Shown: positions 45,421 to 56,536 of the stretch, piece after piece
Position numbering within the stretch: position 1 is the stretch's first letter
Layout of the letters: each line of letters begins with the position of its first letter
Source of the DNA: a bacterium
GTDB lineage: Bacteria; Armatimonadota; Zipacnadia; Zipacnadales; Zipacnadaceae
Reading direction: 5' to 3'
Assembly: GCA_030602615.1 (NCBI GenBank)
Contig: JAUVZM010000004.1
Coordinates: 17,170-81,169 of the forward strand
Length of the DNA: 64,000 nt
Position numbers and translations under genes: made by a program
Notes under the pieces: model-generated
What the model was told of the DNA's origin: nothing
The model's input: only the letters and a program-made list of their open reading frames with translations
Database searches by the model: none

Positions 45421-46596
45421 CTATTGCCTTCCAGCACCAGCACCAGGTATAGCCAGGCGTTCCTGGTTGACCTGAGTGCGGCGCTGTTGTGCCGCATCCA
45501 GCAAGCTGGCCTCTCCGGTATCCAGGTATATTTGTGCAGTTATCAGCGCCTCATAAGCGACAGCGTAGAACAACTCGCGCTGGGAGTGAACCTCCCGGCG
45601 GCCTTCCGGTGGCTGGACTTGCTGAAGAAACTGCTTGATTTGCTCTACCTGACCGGCACTATCGTCCAGCACCAGATAAGCATCTTCGCGTGCCACCGGG
45701 CCGCCTTCAATAAAAGCATCAAAGAGCTGCCAACCATTGCTTAGTGCCTGAATAACAGTACCATCGGCGGTGGCAAAAATCCTGTCGTAGCCCTCCCGAG
45801 CCAGTGACCCAGAGTCGCCCAGCAGCTCCTCAGCCCGCACATAGCAGTCGAAAGCCTCCTTGTATTGGCCGACCTGCTTGTAGATGTCGCCCAAGCTGCG
45901 GTGCGCCAGCGCCTGCGCCTCTTTATCGCCCTGGACCAGAATACGCCCGTAGACCAACTCAGCAGGTTGTAACATGCCGCGCTGCTTGAGAGCTGCGCCC
46001 AGTGCTTGCAGCAGAGTCATATCCTGCGGATTACTTTCCACAGCCTGCTGGAGCTTACGCAAAGCTCGCATTGGCTGACCATGGCGCGCATACAGCCGCG
46101 CCAGCTGCAGGTAAGCAGCCGCGCAGCAACTGTCAGCAGCAATAGCCTGCTCGTAGTATTGTTCTGCCTGCTGCCAGAGCCCGCGTCGCTCTTCAATGCT
46201 GGCCAGCACCAGCCGTGGTAGACACAACGAATTGTCCGCAGCCACGGCCGCCAGCAGCATATTGCGCTGGTCATCCACCTGCTGCATCTGCGCGAATATC
46301 TCGGCTTTCAGCAGCAGCACTTCAACCCGGTCGGCCCCAGCCTGGGCAGCGCCCTCCGCCAGTCTTAGAGCCTTCTCAGGTTGGCCATCAGCCAGCGCAG
46401 CGCGAGCCGGCGCCAGAATGTCAACTTCCGTCGCAGCATCCCCCGGCGCTGCGGCAGGCGACTCAGCCACCACAGTGGAGCCGGGTTCTTCAGCTCCCCC
46501 GGCAGACCCCACGCAGGCCCACAACACCACCACCCCGATTATCGCCAGCCACAAACGTCCTTTTATGGCTGCTATCTGCCTATTTTCTCTTCGCAT
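45421..46596 (-). CDS. secreted TPR-repeat protein
   Basis: signal peptide; multiple 34-aa TPR-like repeats (AxxYxxLGxxY patterns). Confidence 0.6.
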   Translation of the reverse strand: MRRENRQIAAIKGRLWLAIIGVVVLWACVGSAGGAEEPGSTVVAESPAAAPGDAATEVDILAPARAALADGQPEKALRLAEGAAQAGADRVEVLLLKAEIFAQMQQVDDQRNMLLAAVAADNSLCLPRLVLASIEERRGLWQQAEQYYEQAIAADSCCAAAYLQLARLYARHGQPMRALRKLQQAVESNPQDMTLLQALGAALKQRGMLQPAELVYGRILVQGDKEAQALAHRSLGDIYKQVGQYKEAFDCYVRAEELLGDSGSLAREGYDRIFATADGTVIQALSNGWQLFDAFIEGGPVAREDAYLVLDDSAGQVEQIKQFLQQVQPPEGRREVHSQRELFYAVAYEALITAQIYLDTGEASLLDAAQQRRTQVNQERLAIPGAGAGRQ

Positions 46597-47897
46597 ACTT
46601 TGATGGACTGCCTGATTGACTTGATTGCTGTCTCCCCGACTGCTTTCGCGGAGGGATCCTGTTCAATCTCCTGATTATAGCGCTGCTCCGCTGTCTGATA
46701 CCTGGTAATGGCTTCCTGGTAGCTGCCCTCGCGCCGCAGGCCATCAGCTTCGCGGCGCAAAGCCTCAGCCGACTGGCGCGCAGCACTGCTCCCTGGTGAC
46801 TGCCCCACCGATATGCTTATTTGGCCGGTCGGTTGCTGGTCGTATGGCTGCGCCGGTAGGGAAGACTGTCCAGAAGGACTTGAATCTGTCGGAGGGCCAG
46901 TGCCGCTTGGCACAAACTCGGGAACGTCGTACTCGAGAAACTCCGGAGGGCCCTCCGGGCCGTAAAACAGCGCTGGCGGTAAGTTGGCCACACGGGTATC
47001 GGGAGGCAGAGGCACGGACCGGCCCGGTCTGTACCCAGTCGCTGATGAATCAGACGTACCGCCCTCCTGGGGCCCCACCGGAACCGGTGCGAAGGGATTC
47101 TGCCTGGGCTCCAGTGAGAGCTTTCCGCCCAGACTGCGGTAATCTCGGATCACCGCTGCACAGTACTCACGGTAGGCCTCGTCCCACAGCTTCCTTACGC
47201 CAGCATCCCCGGACTTAGTCTGGTCCGCCTCGCGGAAGGCCGCCATGGCCTCATCGTAGCGCTCCGCTGCCATTAACTGCTTTCCCCGGGCGACACATAC
47301 GTCAAAAGCTTGGTCATGGCTTGCCTGGGCCAGACGCGTATTATGCGCCCTGAGCGCAAAGACAGCAATGGCGACTCCCATCAACAGCAGCAAAGAGGCG
47401 ACCAGTGCGACAGTCGCCCAGCGATTCAATAGCTTCAGGCGCCGGTCCTGCTCGTCCTCCGGCTCCGCCGGCTCTTCAGCCAGACGCTCCCGCAGCGCCA
47501 GGACCTTTTCTTTGTCGGCTTTGCGTTCGGGGTCGAGCGCTACAACTTGCTCGTAGGCCTGGAGCGCCAGGTGCAGATTGCCATTCTCCTCTTCAGCCAT
47601 CCCCAGCAGTTCGTAGCCGGCGAGGTTCTGCGGATCGTGCTCAATCACCTGGTGACACAAGCGGGCCACTTCCCGGCTTTTCCCAGCCATCAGCAGATTG
47701 GTGGCCTCCCGCAGCACCTTGGCCGACCAGTCCGAGTCGGCGGCAGCAAAGCACGTGGTCTCTTCCAGTTCTGTATCATCCGGCCTGCTGTCCGCCTCAG
47801 CCTCCCGGTCTACAGCCCCACCCCGTCCATATTCATTATCTGATGTGGATGACATCATAGCAGCCCTACCTCCGCCCTCGCCCGGCGGCGACAGCAC
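46572..47897 (-). CDS. membrane-anchored TPR-repeat protein with Pro-rich region
   Basis: TPR repeats, one TM helix, PPxxP-rich segment. Confidence 0.55.
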   Translation of the reverse strand: MLSPPGEGGGRAAMMSSTSDNEYGRGGAVDREAEADSRPDDTELEETTCFAAADSDWSAKVLREATNLLMAGKSREVARLCHQVIEHDPQNLAGYELLGMAEEENGNLHLALQAYEQVVALDPERKADKEKVLALRERLAEEPAEPEDEQDRRLKLLNRWATVALVASLLLLMGVAIAVFALRAHNTRLAQASHDQAFDVCVARGKQLMAAERYDEAMAAFREADQTKSGDAGVRKLWDEAYREYCAAVIRDYRSLGGKLSLEPRQNPFAPVPVGPQEGGTSDSSATGYRPGRSVPLPPDTRVANLPPALFYGPEGPPEFLEYDVPEFVPSGTGPPTDSSPSGQSSLPAQPYDQQPTGQISISVGQSPGSSAARQSAEALRREADGLRREGSYQEAITRYQTAEQRYNQEIEQDPSAKAVGETAIKSIRQSIKVCEEKIGR

Positions 47898-48139
47898 AAG
47901 TTTGCCCCGATTTGCTTAACACTGTTGCACAATCTATTAAGCAGATTTTACCCCATGGGAAGCGCCGTTGTCAAGATTCGCAGGCTGAGCACGAGCCTCG
48001 AAGCAGTCGGACCGCTGCCGCAGCCCCCAAGTTCCTCAGGCTGCCAGACAGCCTGCTACTTGTCACGAGGCCTGCTGGTAGCGTATAATCTGCAAGGATA
48101 GCAGGCCCAAATAGTCAATGAATGGTCGGGTGGGATTAT

Positions 48140-48730
48140 ATGAGCGACCGAAGCGCTGAGATCTCTCGGCAAACTGCCGAAACAACCATAACCGTAGAGC
48201 TAAACATTGATGGCTCCGGCAAGTGCGAAATTGCTACTGGTGTGGGCTTCGTTGACCACATGCTGAGCCACATCGCCCGGCACGGCTATTTTGATCTGGC
48301 AATAAAGGCCGACGGCGACCTGGAGGTTGATGCTCACCACACTGTCGAGGATGTGGGCATCGTGCTGGGTCAGGCCCTGAAGGAAGCAGTCGGGGATAAG
48401 CGGGGGATGGTTCGCTTTGGACTGGCCGCCTGTCCGATGGACGAGGCGCTGGTGACAGCCGCCCTGGACTTTGCAGGCCGCGCCCATCTCAGCTACCAGC
48501 TTAATCTGCCGGCGGCCAGCGTTGGCGAGTTTGACGGCGAGCTGGTTCGCGAATTTTTTGCCGCCCTGACTGCCAACGCCGGCATCAGTCTGCATCTGAC
48601 CCAGCAAGCCGGCGTCAATACTCACCACATCATCGAGTCGGCCTTCAAGTCGTTTGCGCGCGCCCTGGACCAGGCTACCCAGCTTGACCCCCGCAGCGAG
48701 GATGTGCCTTCGACGAAGGGGGAGCTGTAG
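48140..48730 (+). CDS. hisB: imidazoleglycerol-phosphate dehydratase
   Basis: RQTAETTITVELNIDGSG...GFVDHMLSHIARHG...HHTVEDVGIVLGQAL. Confidence 0.9.
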   Translation: MSDRSAEISRQTAETTITVELNIDGSGKCEIATGVGFVDHMLSHIARHGYFDLAIKADGDLEVDAHHTVEDVGIVLGQALKEAVGDKRGMVRFGLAACPMDEALVTAALDFAGRAHLSYQLNLPAASVGEFDGELVREFFAALTANAGISLHLTQQAGVNTHHIIESAFKSFARALDQATQLDPRSEDVPSTKGEL

Positions 48731-48864
48731 ACTCAGCCTCCTGGAGGTGCGCGTGCCATTGCTCGGCGGCGGCTTACTGGACAACCTCGACGAGCACGCC
48801 AAAGGCTTTATTAGTATGTCAAGCCGTGGGTCAGTAACTAACCAGTGGAGGCCGACCAGCTATC

Positions 48865-49587
48865 ATGCTGGTAATTCCCGCCATTGATCTGTCCGCAGGC
48901 CAGGTGGTACGACTGGCTCGAGGGGATATGAAAAAGAAGACCGTCTACAGCGACGATCCGGTCGCTATGGCGCGGCGCTGGGCCGACGAAGGGGCGCAGA
49001 TCCTGCACGTAGTGGACCTGGACGGCGCAGTCAGCGGAAAGTTGGCGAATCTGGACGCGGTGGCGAAGATCGTCGAGGCTATTGACATTCCGGTCGAACT
49101 CGGGGGGGGGCTGCGAACCGTCGCTGATGTCCAGCGCGTACTCGACATCGGCGTGCGCTGGGCGATTATGGGTACGGCTGCCCTGCGCAATCGGTCAGAG
49201 CTGGAAGCAGCGGTAGCCCAATTCGGCGACCAGGTCATAGTTGGCATTGACGCCCGCGACGGTAAAGTAGCAGTGGAGGGCTGGACCCAAGACAGTGATA
49301 TTGAGGCGACCCAGATAGCCCAACAAATGGAACTGCTCGGCGTTGAGCGGCTTATCTGCACGGATATCGCCACCGACGGGATGCTCACCGGCCCGAACCT
49401 GGCGGCGATGCGTCAGTTCTGCGCGGCAGTTGATATCCCGACAGTCGCCTCGGGGGGAGTACGCAGTGTTGAGGATGTCAGAGCACTGCGCGAGCTGGAG
49501 CCGCTGGGCCTGCTGGGCTGTATCGTCGGCCGGGCGCTGTACACCGGTGATTTGGCACTGCCGGACGCGATCGCGGCAGCACAATAG
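48865..49587 (+). CDS. hisA: 1-(5-phosphoribosyl)-5-[(5-phosphoribosylamino)methylideneamino]imidazole-4-carboxamide isomerase
   Basis: MLVIPAIDLSAGQVVRLARGD...TVYSDDPVAMARRW...VVDLDGA. Confidence 0.85.
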   Translation: MLVIPAIDLSAGQVVRLARGDMKKKTVYSDDPVAMARRWADEGAQILHVVDLDGAVSGKLANLDAVAKIVEAIDIPVELGGGLRTVADVQRVLDIGVRWAIMGTAALRNRSELEAAVAQFGDQVIVGIDARDGKVAVEGWTQDSDIEATQIAQQMELLGVERLICTDIATDGMLTGPNLAAMRQFCAAVDIPTVASGGVRSVEDVRALRELEPLGLLGCIVGRALYTGDLALPDAIAAAQ

Positions 49588-49633
49588 GCCGTGTAAGCAA
49601 CGGCAGTTCATGCGATTGGGAACACCGTGAGGT

Positions 49634-50023
49634 TTGGCAATGTATATGGATGAACTGAAATTCGATGATAGCGGTCTAATACCCGCAGTAATCTGCGATC
49701 ACCAGACCAACGAAGTGCTGATGGCCGGTTATATGAACCAGCAAGCGCTGCAGGAGACCGTGGAAACGGGCCAGACTACTTTCTGGAGTCGCTCGCGCCA
49801 GCAGCTATGGCGCAAGGGCGAAAGCTCCAGACACATCCAGCAGGTCAAATGGATCCGACTTGACTGCGATGGGGATGCGCTGCTGATTGGGGTCGAGCAG
49901 CGCGTAGCAGCCTGCCACCTGGGCTATCGCAGTTGCTTCTTTCGCGAGCTGCGCGAGGGCAGGTGGGAAGTAGTTGCCGAAAAGGTATTTGATCCCGATG
50001 AAGCCTATTCGCAAGCGGAGTGA
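49634..50023 (+). CDS. hisI: phosphoribosyl-AMP cyclohydrolase
   Basis: LIPAVICDHQTNEVLMAGYMN...FWSRSRQQLWRKGESSRH...IRLDCDGDALL. Confidence 0.85.
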   Translation: MAMYMDELKFDDSGLIPAVICDHQTNEVLMAGYMNQQALQETVETGQTTFWSRSRQQLWRKGESSRHIQQVKWIRLDCDGDALLIGVEQRVAACHLGYRSCFFRELREGRWEVVAEKVFDPDEAYSQAE

Positions 50024-52915
50024 TTGGTCAAGCCGATGATTTGTCGGACTGGCAGGTATATCGCGGTCGTTGTTGCATTGCTTGTCACGGCGGCGGCCGG
50101 CTGGTGTTTCGATCTGTTGCCGGAAGAGCCAGGTCAGCAGGCCCAGGACTGGCTGGAGGTCGGGATAAAGCAAGCCGAGCAAGGGAACTATGATGTGGCC
50201 ATTGCCAGCATCAAGAAGGCCATACAGCTCCAGCCCCGGTTGCAATCGGCCTACTACAATTTAGGATTCATCTGCTACCAAGCCGGCAAGCCCCAGCAAG
50301 CGGTCAGCTATTACCACGAGGCACTGAAGCTCGACCCCGGTGATCTTGATTCGCGGCGCGGTTTGGGCCTGGCCTACGCCGCCCAAGAAAAGTGGTCACA
50401 CGCCGCCGCGGTGTTCAATGATCTGCTGCAGATGACCCCCGACGACAGTGAAGTAGCCATTCAACTGGGCCGCACTTATCTGGAGATGGGCCAACCCGAC
50501 AAGGCCACCAGCGCCTTGCAGAAAGCAACCACTCTTGCCCCGAAAAATCCACTGGCTCACCTCTATCTGGGCAGAGCGTTGACCCTGACCGGGCAGTTCA
50601 CCCAGGCCGCGCAGCACCTGCTCCAGGCTCAGGAGCTGAAACCTGACTCTGAGCAGATCAAGCTGGAGCTACTCAATCTCTATGTCGAGTCGGGCCAGCT
50701 TCTGTCCGCCCAGTCCCTGGCCGAGGAGCTGGTTGCCAAACATCCCGACAACGAGCATCTCCTACAAGCTCAGATCGAGATTTATGAGGGACTGGGGCTT
50801 GACTGGGAGAAGCAGCAAGCTCAGGAGGCGCTGCTGGCGCATCTGCCCCCGCAGCAGGCGCTGGTCGCCCGCGCGCAGCTCGTCGAAGAATACCTATCAG
50901 AAGGCCGCTGGGAGCAAGCGCTGCCCCACCTGAAACTTCTCCACGAAGCCCAACCAGGGAATCCGTCGCTTATCGCAACTCTGGCACGATGTTACCTGAG
51001 AACCGGCCAGGGTGACAAAGCTTTCGAGGTGCTGCAAGCCGGCCTGGAGGCCAGCCCGGAGCAACCGGAGCTGGCCACGATGCTCGGTGACTTGTATGTC
51101 GGACGGCGCCAGCTCAAGCAGGCGCTGGAGGCTTACCAGCAGGCACTGGCCGCCCAGCGGGACTATGTGCCGGCGCTCCAGGCTGCTATCCAGGTGAGCC
51201 GAGAGTTGGGCCGCAGCGAACAGACTCTGCCGTGGCTGCGCCGCCTGGTCGCCATAAAGCCCGCCGACTGGGAGGCGCGAATGATGCTGGCGGATCAGCT
51301 TGCCAGCGCCAGACAGCCCGGGCCAGCAATGTATCAATTCAGCCAGATAGCCAGCCGCAGCGATGATGAAGAACTGGCCGAGATCGCTCACCTTGAACTG
51401 ATGCAGCTTGCCGAGCAGACCGGCAACCAGGGCTATCAAGCATATCTTTACCGCCAAAACGTTCCCGAGGCTGAGTTGGATTCGGCGGGACTTTCCCGAG
51501 AGCATAGCCCGCAGCAGATGACCAAAAGCCGCCTCGAGGCGCTGGTCGCTGAAAACCCCGAAAGTCTGGGGGCCAAGGCACTGCTGGCCGAGTATTACCT
51601 ACAAGTCGGCAATCTGGAGCAGGCAGGGGCAATTGCCGACGAGATTCTCCAAGAGCAGTCAGGCCATGGGCAGGGCAACTACTTGATGGGCCGGGTGCTA
51701 CAGCAGCAAGGTAACTTCAAGCAGGCCCTCCCCTACCTGCGCAAGGCGATAGCTGCCCAACCGACGGCAATCCCTGCATATGAAGCTCTGATTCAATGCA
51801 CAGAGTCAATCAATCGCCTGCCGCTGGCGCGAGATTTTCTGACCAGTGTACTGGCCGACACATTGGGCGCTGCCACGCCCGATCAGCGCATTATTCACCT
51901 GATTGTTCACTATCTGGGTCACATCTATGAGCAGATTGGCGGTTCCGAGCACTCGGCGGCCGAATTGACGGCACTGTCAGATGCTTATCCTGATTCGGCG
52001 CCTCTGGCTCTGGAAGTTGCCCGCGTGTTAGCCAGCAGCAATCAGCTCCAGCAGGCTGCCCACTGCTACAAGCGAGCGGCCCGCTTGCCCAAGTATGGTA
52101 ATGCCCTGGCAGAAGCTGCTTTGTTGCTACTCCCGGAGCACCCTGACGACGCCTTAGCCCTGGCGAATGACTATCTAGCCCGTATCGTGCAGGACAGCAA
52201 AGCGCTGGAGCTGATTGTCGAGATGCAAGGAAGCTCCCTGCCGCTGAACCAGGCTCGCAAGCAAGCCCTGGCCAAGCTGCTGAGCAGCCAGCCTCGTAGC
52301 AGTGACTATGAGATGGCCAAGGTGGGGCTGTGGAAACAGGCGGGGCGTCTGATCGAGGCGGAGGCTCACTTCGCGGCGCAGGTGGTGGCTGACCAGGATA
52401 ATTCGGCCCTGCGCGCAGCTCTAGCCTACGCTCTGTGGCTGCAGGAGAGGAAGGCCGACGCCCTGACTCAACTCAACCAGCTTCCCGCACAGGCTTTCCA
52501 GAACTCCAACCTGCGCATCTTTAGGGCAACAGCCCTGGCGGCGACCGGAGACCGCGATCAAGCCATCGACGAGCTGGGGAGAGTGCTGGTTGACAATCCG
52601 GCGAATCCGCAGGCTAAATTGATGAGGGCTGACCTGCTCAGCCAGGCGGGAAAATATCAGGAAGCCCTCTGGGAGTTGGGCCAGACGCTGGTCTTTCATC
52701 CCGAGATAGAGCAGGCCGGCGACGCGGTAGTTGCGATGATCCAGGAGGGCAAGCTACCAGTGAGCACAGTGCTGCTGGCGCTTGACCAGGCCCACGCCAT
52801 CGCCCGCCAGCCGGAGGTAGTGCGCAAGCTGGTGCCACAGCTTGGCAAGTGGGCCGATCAAGAAGCAGTCGAACAGTGGCTGGCCAATCATCCGCGCCTC
52901 GATGAGGGGGAGTAG
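50024..52915 (+). CDS. large TPR-repeat protein (TTG start; alternative ATG 50036)
   Basis: ~960 aa of tandem TPR-like repeats; N-terminal hydrophobic segment. Confidence 0.65.
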   Translation: MVKPMICRTGRYIAVVVALLVTAAAGWCFDLLPEEPGQQAQDWLEVGIKQAEQGNYDVAIASIKKAIQLQPRLQSAYYNLGFICYQAGKPQQAVSYYHEALKLDPGDLDSRRGLGLAYAAQEKWSHAAAVFNDLLQMTPDDSEVAIQLGRTYLEMGQPDKATSALQKATTLAPKNPLAHLYLGRALTLTGQFTQAAQHLLQAQELKPDSEQIKLELLNLYVESGQLLSAQSLAEELVAKHPDNEHLLQAQIEIYEGLGLDWEKQQAQEALLAHLPPQQALVARAQLVEEYLSEGRWEQALPHLKLLHEAQPGNPSLIATLARCYLRTGQGDKAFEVLQAGLEASPEQPELATMLGDLYVGRRQLKQALEAYQQALAAQRDYVPALQAAIQVSRELGRSEQTLPWLRRLVAIKPADWEARMMLADQLASARQPGPAMYQFSQIASRSDDEELAEIAHLELMQLAEQTGNQGYQAYLYRQNVPEAELDSAGLSREHSPQQMTKSRLEALVAENPESLGAKALLAEYYLQVGNLEQAGAIADEILQEQSGHGQGNYLMGRVLQQQGNFKQALPYLRKAIAAQPTAIPAYEALIQCTESINRLPLARDFLTSVLADTLGAATPDQRIIHLIVHYLGHIYEQIGGSEHSAAELTALSDAYPDSAPLALEVARVLASSNQLQQAAHCYKRAARLPKYGNALAEAALLLLPEHPDDALALANDYLARIVQDSKALELIVEMQGSSLPLNQARKQALAKLLSSQPRSSDYEMAKVGLWKQAGRLIEAEAHFAAQVVADQDNSALRAALAYALWLQERKADALTQLNQLPAQAFQNSNLRIFRATALAATGDRDQAIDELGRVLVDNPANPQAKLMRADLLSQAGKYQEALWELGQTLVFHPEIEQAGDAVVAMIQEGKLPVSTVLLALDQAHAIARQPEVVRKLVPQLGKWADQEAVEQWLANHPRLDEGE

Positions 52916-52918
52916 CAG

Positions 52919-54286
52919 GTGGCTGCTCCGTTTGTGGCGATAGTCGGGCGCACCAATGTGGGGAAGTCAACCCTGTTTAACCGCCTGGTCGGACAAAGAC
53001 TGGCCGTGGTGGATGCGATCCCCGGTGTGACCCGGGATCGGTTGTACGCGGAGATTGACCTGGACGGAAGCGAAATTGTGCTGGTGGACACCGGCGGTCT
53101 GGCCGGAGCCGAGAGTGACCAATTTATGACCAAAGTAAAGGAGCAAGCCGCTATCGCCCTGCAGGAAGCCGACTTGCTGCTGTTTATGGTGGATGCCCGC
53201 GAAGGACTTATCTCGCTGGATTGGGAAGTAGCCGATGTGGTGCGCCGCTCGGGCAAGCCCGTCATCCTGATCGCCAATAAGATGGAAAGCCCCAAGCTGG
53301 AGGCAAGCGAATTCATTGAGCTGGGGTTTGGTATGCCCCTGCCGCTATCGGCGCTGTACGGCTACGGGCTGGGCGAGGTGATTGAGGCCATTCTCGATGA
53401 CCTCCCTGCACCCGAAGCGGAACCGGAGCCAGTGGCCGGGGAGGTCGCTGTAGCCCTGGTAGGGCGACCCAACGTGGGCAAATCGGCTATCATCAACGCT
53501 CTGTTGGGCGAAGAGCGGGTTATAGTCAGCGAGGAGCCGGGTACCACCCGCGACGCGGTAGATATCGCGCTAGAATTCGCGGACGAACCCTATCGTCTGG
53601 TTGACACCGCCGGACTGCGGCGCCGCGGCAAGCGCAGTCAGGGCCTGGAGTATTACAGCAGCCTGCGGACCCTGCGCGCTCTGCAGCGCGCCGATGTGGG
53701 GATAGTGGTCATTGACGCCCTGGAGGGCGTCACCAGCCAGGATGCCCATATCATCGGCGAAGTGATGGAGGCAGGCCGCGGGTTGGTGCTGTTGGCTCAC
53801 AAGTGGGATCTGGTGCAGGACTTTGCGCGCAGCCAAAACGATGATGGCAAGGATATGGCGCAAATCGAGGAGACGCTGCGGACGGATTTCTCTTACATCG
53901 TCGGCAGCAAGCTGCGGTTTGCTGACTTTGCCGAACTGCTTTTCACCTCAGCAATAACCGGCGAGGGGCTTGTTGAGATTCTCCCCGCTGCCAAGCAAGC
54001 CGCCCAGCAGTACGCCCGCCAGGTTGATCCAGCCAGGCTCAATCAGGTCCTGCACGAGGCACTGGCAGCTCACCAGCCTTCTTCCCGCAAGAATCGCCTG
54101 CGCATACGCGGTATCGAGCAGGTCACCACCCGGCCGCCGACCTTTGTGGTGCGGGTTAATGACCCTGAACTGATGCATTTTTCCTATAAGCGCTACCTGG
54201 TCAACCAACTGCGCGAAGCCTTTGGCTTTGTAGGCACTCCCATCAAGCTGTTTGTGCGCAGCAGTCCGCAACAGCAAGAGAGTTGA
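52919..54286 (+). CDS. der: ribosome-associated GTPase Der (EngA), tandem GTPase domains + KH-like
   Basis: two G1 motifs GRTNVGKST and GRPNVGKS; GTG start. Confidence 0.9.
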   Translation: MAAPFVAIVGRTNVGKSTLFNRLVGQRLAVVDAIPGVTRDRLYAEIDLDGSEIVLVDTGGLAGAESDQFMTKVKEQAAIALQEADLLLFMVDAREGLISLDWEVADVVRRSGKPVILIANKMESPKLEASEFIELGFGMPLPLSALYGYGLGEVIEAILDDLPAPEAEPEPVAGEVAVALVGRPNVGKSAIINALLGEERVIVSEEPGTTRDAVDIALEFADEPYRLVDTAGLRRRGKRSQGLEYYSSLRTLRALQRADVGIVVIDALEGVTSQDAHIIGEVMEAGRGLVLLAHKWDLVQDFARSQNDDGKDMAQIEETLRTDFSYIVGSKLRFADFAELLFTSAITGEGLVEILPAAKQAAQQYARQVDPARLNQVLHEALAAHQPSSRKNRLRIRGIEQVTTRPPTFVVRVNDPELMHFSYKRYLVNQLREAFGFVGTPIKLFVRSSPQQQES

Positions 54287-54292
54287 CCTCAG

Positions 54293-54928
54293 ATGCTTGA
54301 AATTGCACTCCCAATCGCATTAGTGGCGCTGGCCTACCTCGTCGGCGGCATTCCCATTGGAGTGCTGGTCAGCCAGAGCCGGGGAGTGGACATCCGTCAA
54401 TACGGCAGTGGAAATATCGGGGCCAGCAACGTGCTCAGAACCCTGGGCGTGAAGGTGGGCCTAGCTGTCTGGCTGGCTGATGTTGCCAAAGGGCTGCTGC
54501 CGGTGTTGTGGTTGCGACCGCTGCTGACCAGTATAGCGACAATTGGCCCAATGGAGTTGTGGATAAGCCTTGTGGCGCTGGCGGTCGTAATGGGCCATTG
54601 CTTCTCACCATATCTAAAGCTGGCCGGCGGGCGAGGGGTTTCCACCAGCCTGGGCGCGCTGCTGGCCATAGACTGGCGGGTGGGAGGGTTGGTCCTGGCA
54701 GTGTGGATAGTTGTAGTAGCTGTTAGCCGGTATATCTCGCTGGGCTCGATCCTGGCGGCGGCAGGCGGGCCCCTGTTCTTTGCATTGTACACTGATTCTC
54801 GTTATTATTTAGTATTGGGAGTCATCCTTGCTATCCTGGTCATTGAGCGGCACCGACCCAACATTGGACGCCTGATGACCGGCACAGAACGCAAGATCGG
54901 CCAAAAGACAAATGACGAACAAAAATAA
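54293..54928 (+). CDS. plsY: glycerol-3-phosphate acyltransferase PlsY
   Basis: GSGNIGASNVLRTLG motif; multi-TM. Confidence 0.9.
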   Translation: MLEIALPIALVALAYLVGGIPIGVLVSQSRGVDIRQYGSGNIGASNVLRTLGVKVGLAVWLADVAKGLLPVLWLRPLLTSIATIGPMELWISLVALAVVMGHCFSPYLKLAGGRGVSTSLGALLAIDWRVGGLVLAVWIVVVAVSRYISLGSILAAAGGPLFFALYTDSRYYLVLGVILAILVIERHRPNIGRLMTGTERKIGQKTNDEQK

Positions 54929-55961
54929 CTCAAGGACAACAATCATCGGCGCCGGCGCATGGGGGACAACGCTATCGTGGCTGTTGGGCAACCGCGGGCA
55001 TTCCGTGACGCTGTGGGCACGGAGGCCCGAGTTCGCTGCGCAGGTCCAGCAACAGCGCGAAAACCGCAAGTATCTGCCCGGGGTGGTGCTGCCCGAGGCC
55101 GTTACCGTGACATCAGATTTGCCCGGGGCACTGGCCGACGCGCAGACGGTTATAATCGCGGTCCCCTCCCACGGCTTTCGCGACGTGGTGGCGCGCGCCG
55201 CTGAACATATCCCGGCTGAAAGCCTCATATTGAGCGTGGTCAAGGGGCTGGAACGGGGCACCGCGATGCGCATGAGCCAGATTCTTGCCGAGGAACTCAG
55301 CGCCTCCCCTGCCCACCCTATTGTCGTCCTGTCCGGGCCTAATCTATCCGGAGAGATCGCCCGGGGGATGCCGGCAGTGTCCGTGACCGCTTCTGAGAAC
55401 CAGGATGCCGCTGAGTATATTCAGAGGCTTTTCAGCTCCGACCGCTTTCGGATTTACCGCAATTATGATATAATAGGAGTGGAACTGTGCGGAGCGCTGA
55501 AGAATATTATCGCCATAGCCAGTGGCATAAGCGACGGGCTGGGGTTTGGTAGTAATGCCAAGGCCGCGCTTATCACGCGGGGCCTGACCGAGATTGGCCG
55601 CCTCGGTGTGCAATTAGGTGCTGAACCGGCCACCTTTTGGGGCATTGCCGGCATCGGTGATCTGGTCACTACTTGCAACAGTCAGCTCAGCCGCAACTGG
55701 CAGGTGGGAAGGCGCCTCGCCAACGGCGAGTCGCTCAGTGCCGTCCAGGATAGCACTCCCGCTGTCGCCGAGGGTATCTATACAACCCTTGCCGCCAGAG
55801 AGCTATCCGCCAAGCTGGGAACGGAGATGCCGGTGACCAACACCGTCTACCGGATTTTGTTTGAAGGCGCCAGTCCCACCGCCGAAGTCGGATATCTAAT
55901 GAGCCGGCCCCACAAGGCAGAAGTCGAGCCGTGGCAGACTGCCAGTAACCGGTCCGAGTGA
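54912..55961 (+). CDS. gpsA: NAD(P)H-dependent glycerol-3-phosphate dehydrogenase
   Basis: TTIIGAGAWGTTLS Rossmann; conserved C-terminal domain. Confidence 0.9.
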   Translation: MTNKNNSRTTIIGAGAWGTTLSWLLGNRGHSVTLWARRPEFAAQVQQQRENRKYLPGVVLPEAVTVTSDLPGALADAQTVIIAVPSHGFRDVVARAAEHIPAESLILSVVKGLERGTAMRMSQILAEELSASPAHPIVVLSGPNLSGEIARGMPAVSVTASENQDAAEYIQRLFSSDRFRIYRNYDIIGVELCGALKNIIAIASGISDGLGFGSNAKAALITRGLTEIGRLGVQLGAEPATFWGIAGIGDLVTTCNSQLSRNWQVGRRLANGESLSAVQDSTPAVAEGIYTTLAARELSAKLGTEMPVTNTVYRILFEGASPTAEVGYLMSRPHKAEVEPWQTASNRSE

Positions 55962-56047
55962 TTCACTGTCACAGGGAGGAATTGGCTCGGTTCGGACGAA
56001 TGTATCAGTGCCCGGAAGCCATCCAAAATCTAGAGGGAGGCGGGTCA

Positions 56048-56407
56048 ATGGCACGCATAGTCAACAAGGCAGAACTGGTGGACGTAATCGCCCAGAAAGC
56101 GGACCTGACGAAGGTCGCCGCTAAGGAAGCGCTCGAGGCGCTCCTGGAGACTATCAGCAAGGCTTTGCAGCGGGGGGACAAGGTCCAGATCACCGGGTTT
56201 GGCGCATTCGAAGCCCGGTGGCGTGAGTCGCGCAAAGGTCGCAACCCGCAGACAGGCGAAGAGGTTGACATCGCCGGGAAGTGGGCGCCTGCCTTCAAGG
56301 CGGGCAAGGCACTCAAGGATGAAGTTGCCTCAGCACAACCGCCCTCGGTGCCGGCTGAAGATGTCTCACCGCCTGTAACGCCGGCGCCGCCGTGGGGCGT
56401 CGGTTAG
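56048..56407 (+). CDS. hup: HU-family DNA-binding protein with Pro-rich C-terminal extension
   Basis: MARIVNKAELVDVIAQKADLTK...GFGAFEARWRESRKGRNPQTGEEV; SD gggagg. Confidence 0.85.
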   Translation: MARIVNKAELVDVIAQKADLTKVAAKEALEALLETISKALQRGDKVQITGFGAFEARWRESRKGRNPQTGEEVDIAGKWAPAFKAGKALKDEVASAQPPSVPAEDVSPPVTPAPPWGVG

Positions 56408-56458
56408 GCATAAGCAGGGGGTAGCTGACAGAGAATTGCTGGCGTGTAGCAAACTGGT

Positions 56459-56536
56459 CGGGGCGTGGCGCAGTTTGGTTAGCGCGTTTGACTGGGGGTC
56501 AAAAGGTCGCCGGTTCAAGTCCGGCCGCCCCGACCA
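56459..56536 (+). tRNA. tRNA-Pro (anticodon GGG), CCA encoded
   Basis: manual fold: acceptor CGGGGCG/CGCCCCG, D-stem GCGC/GCGC, anticodon stem TTTGA/TCAAA with loop cTGGGgg, T-arm GCCGG-TTCAAGT-CCGGC, discriminator A, CCA. Confidence 0.85.
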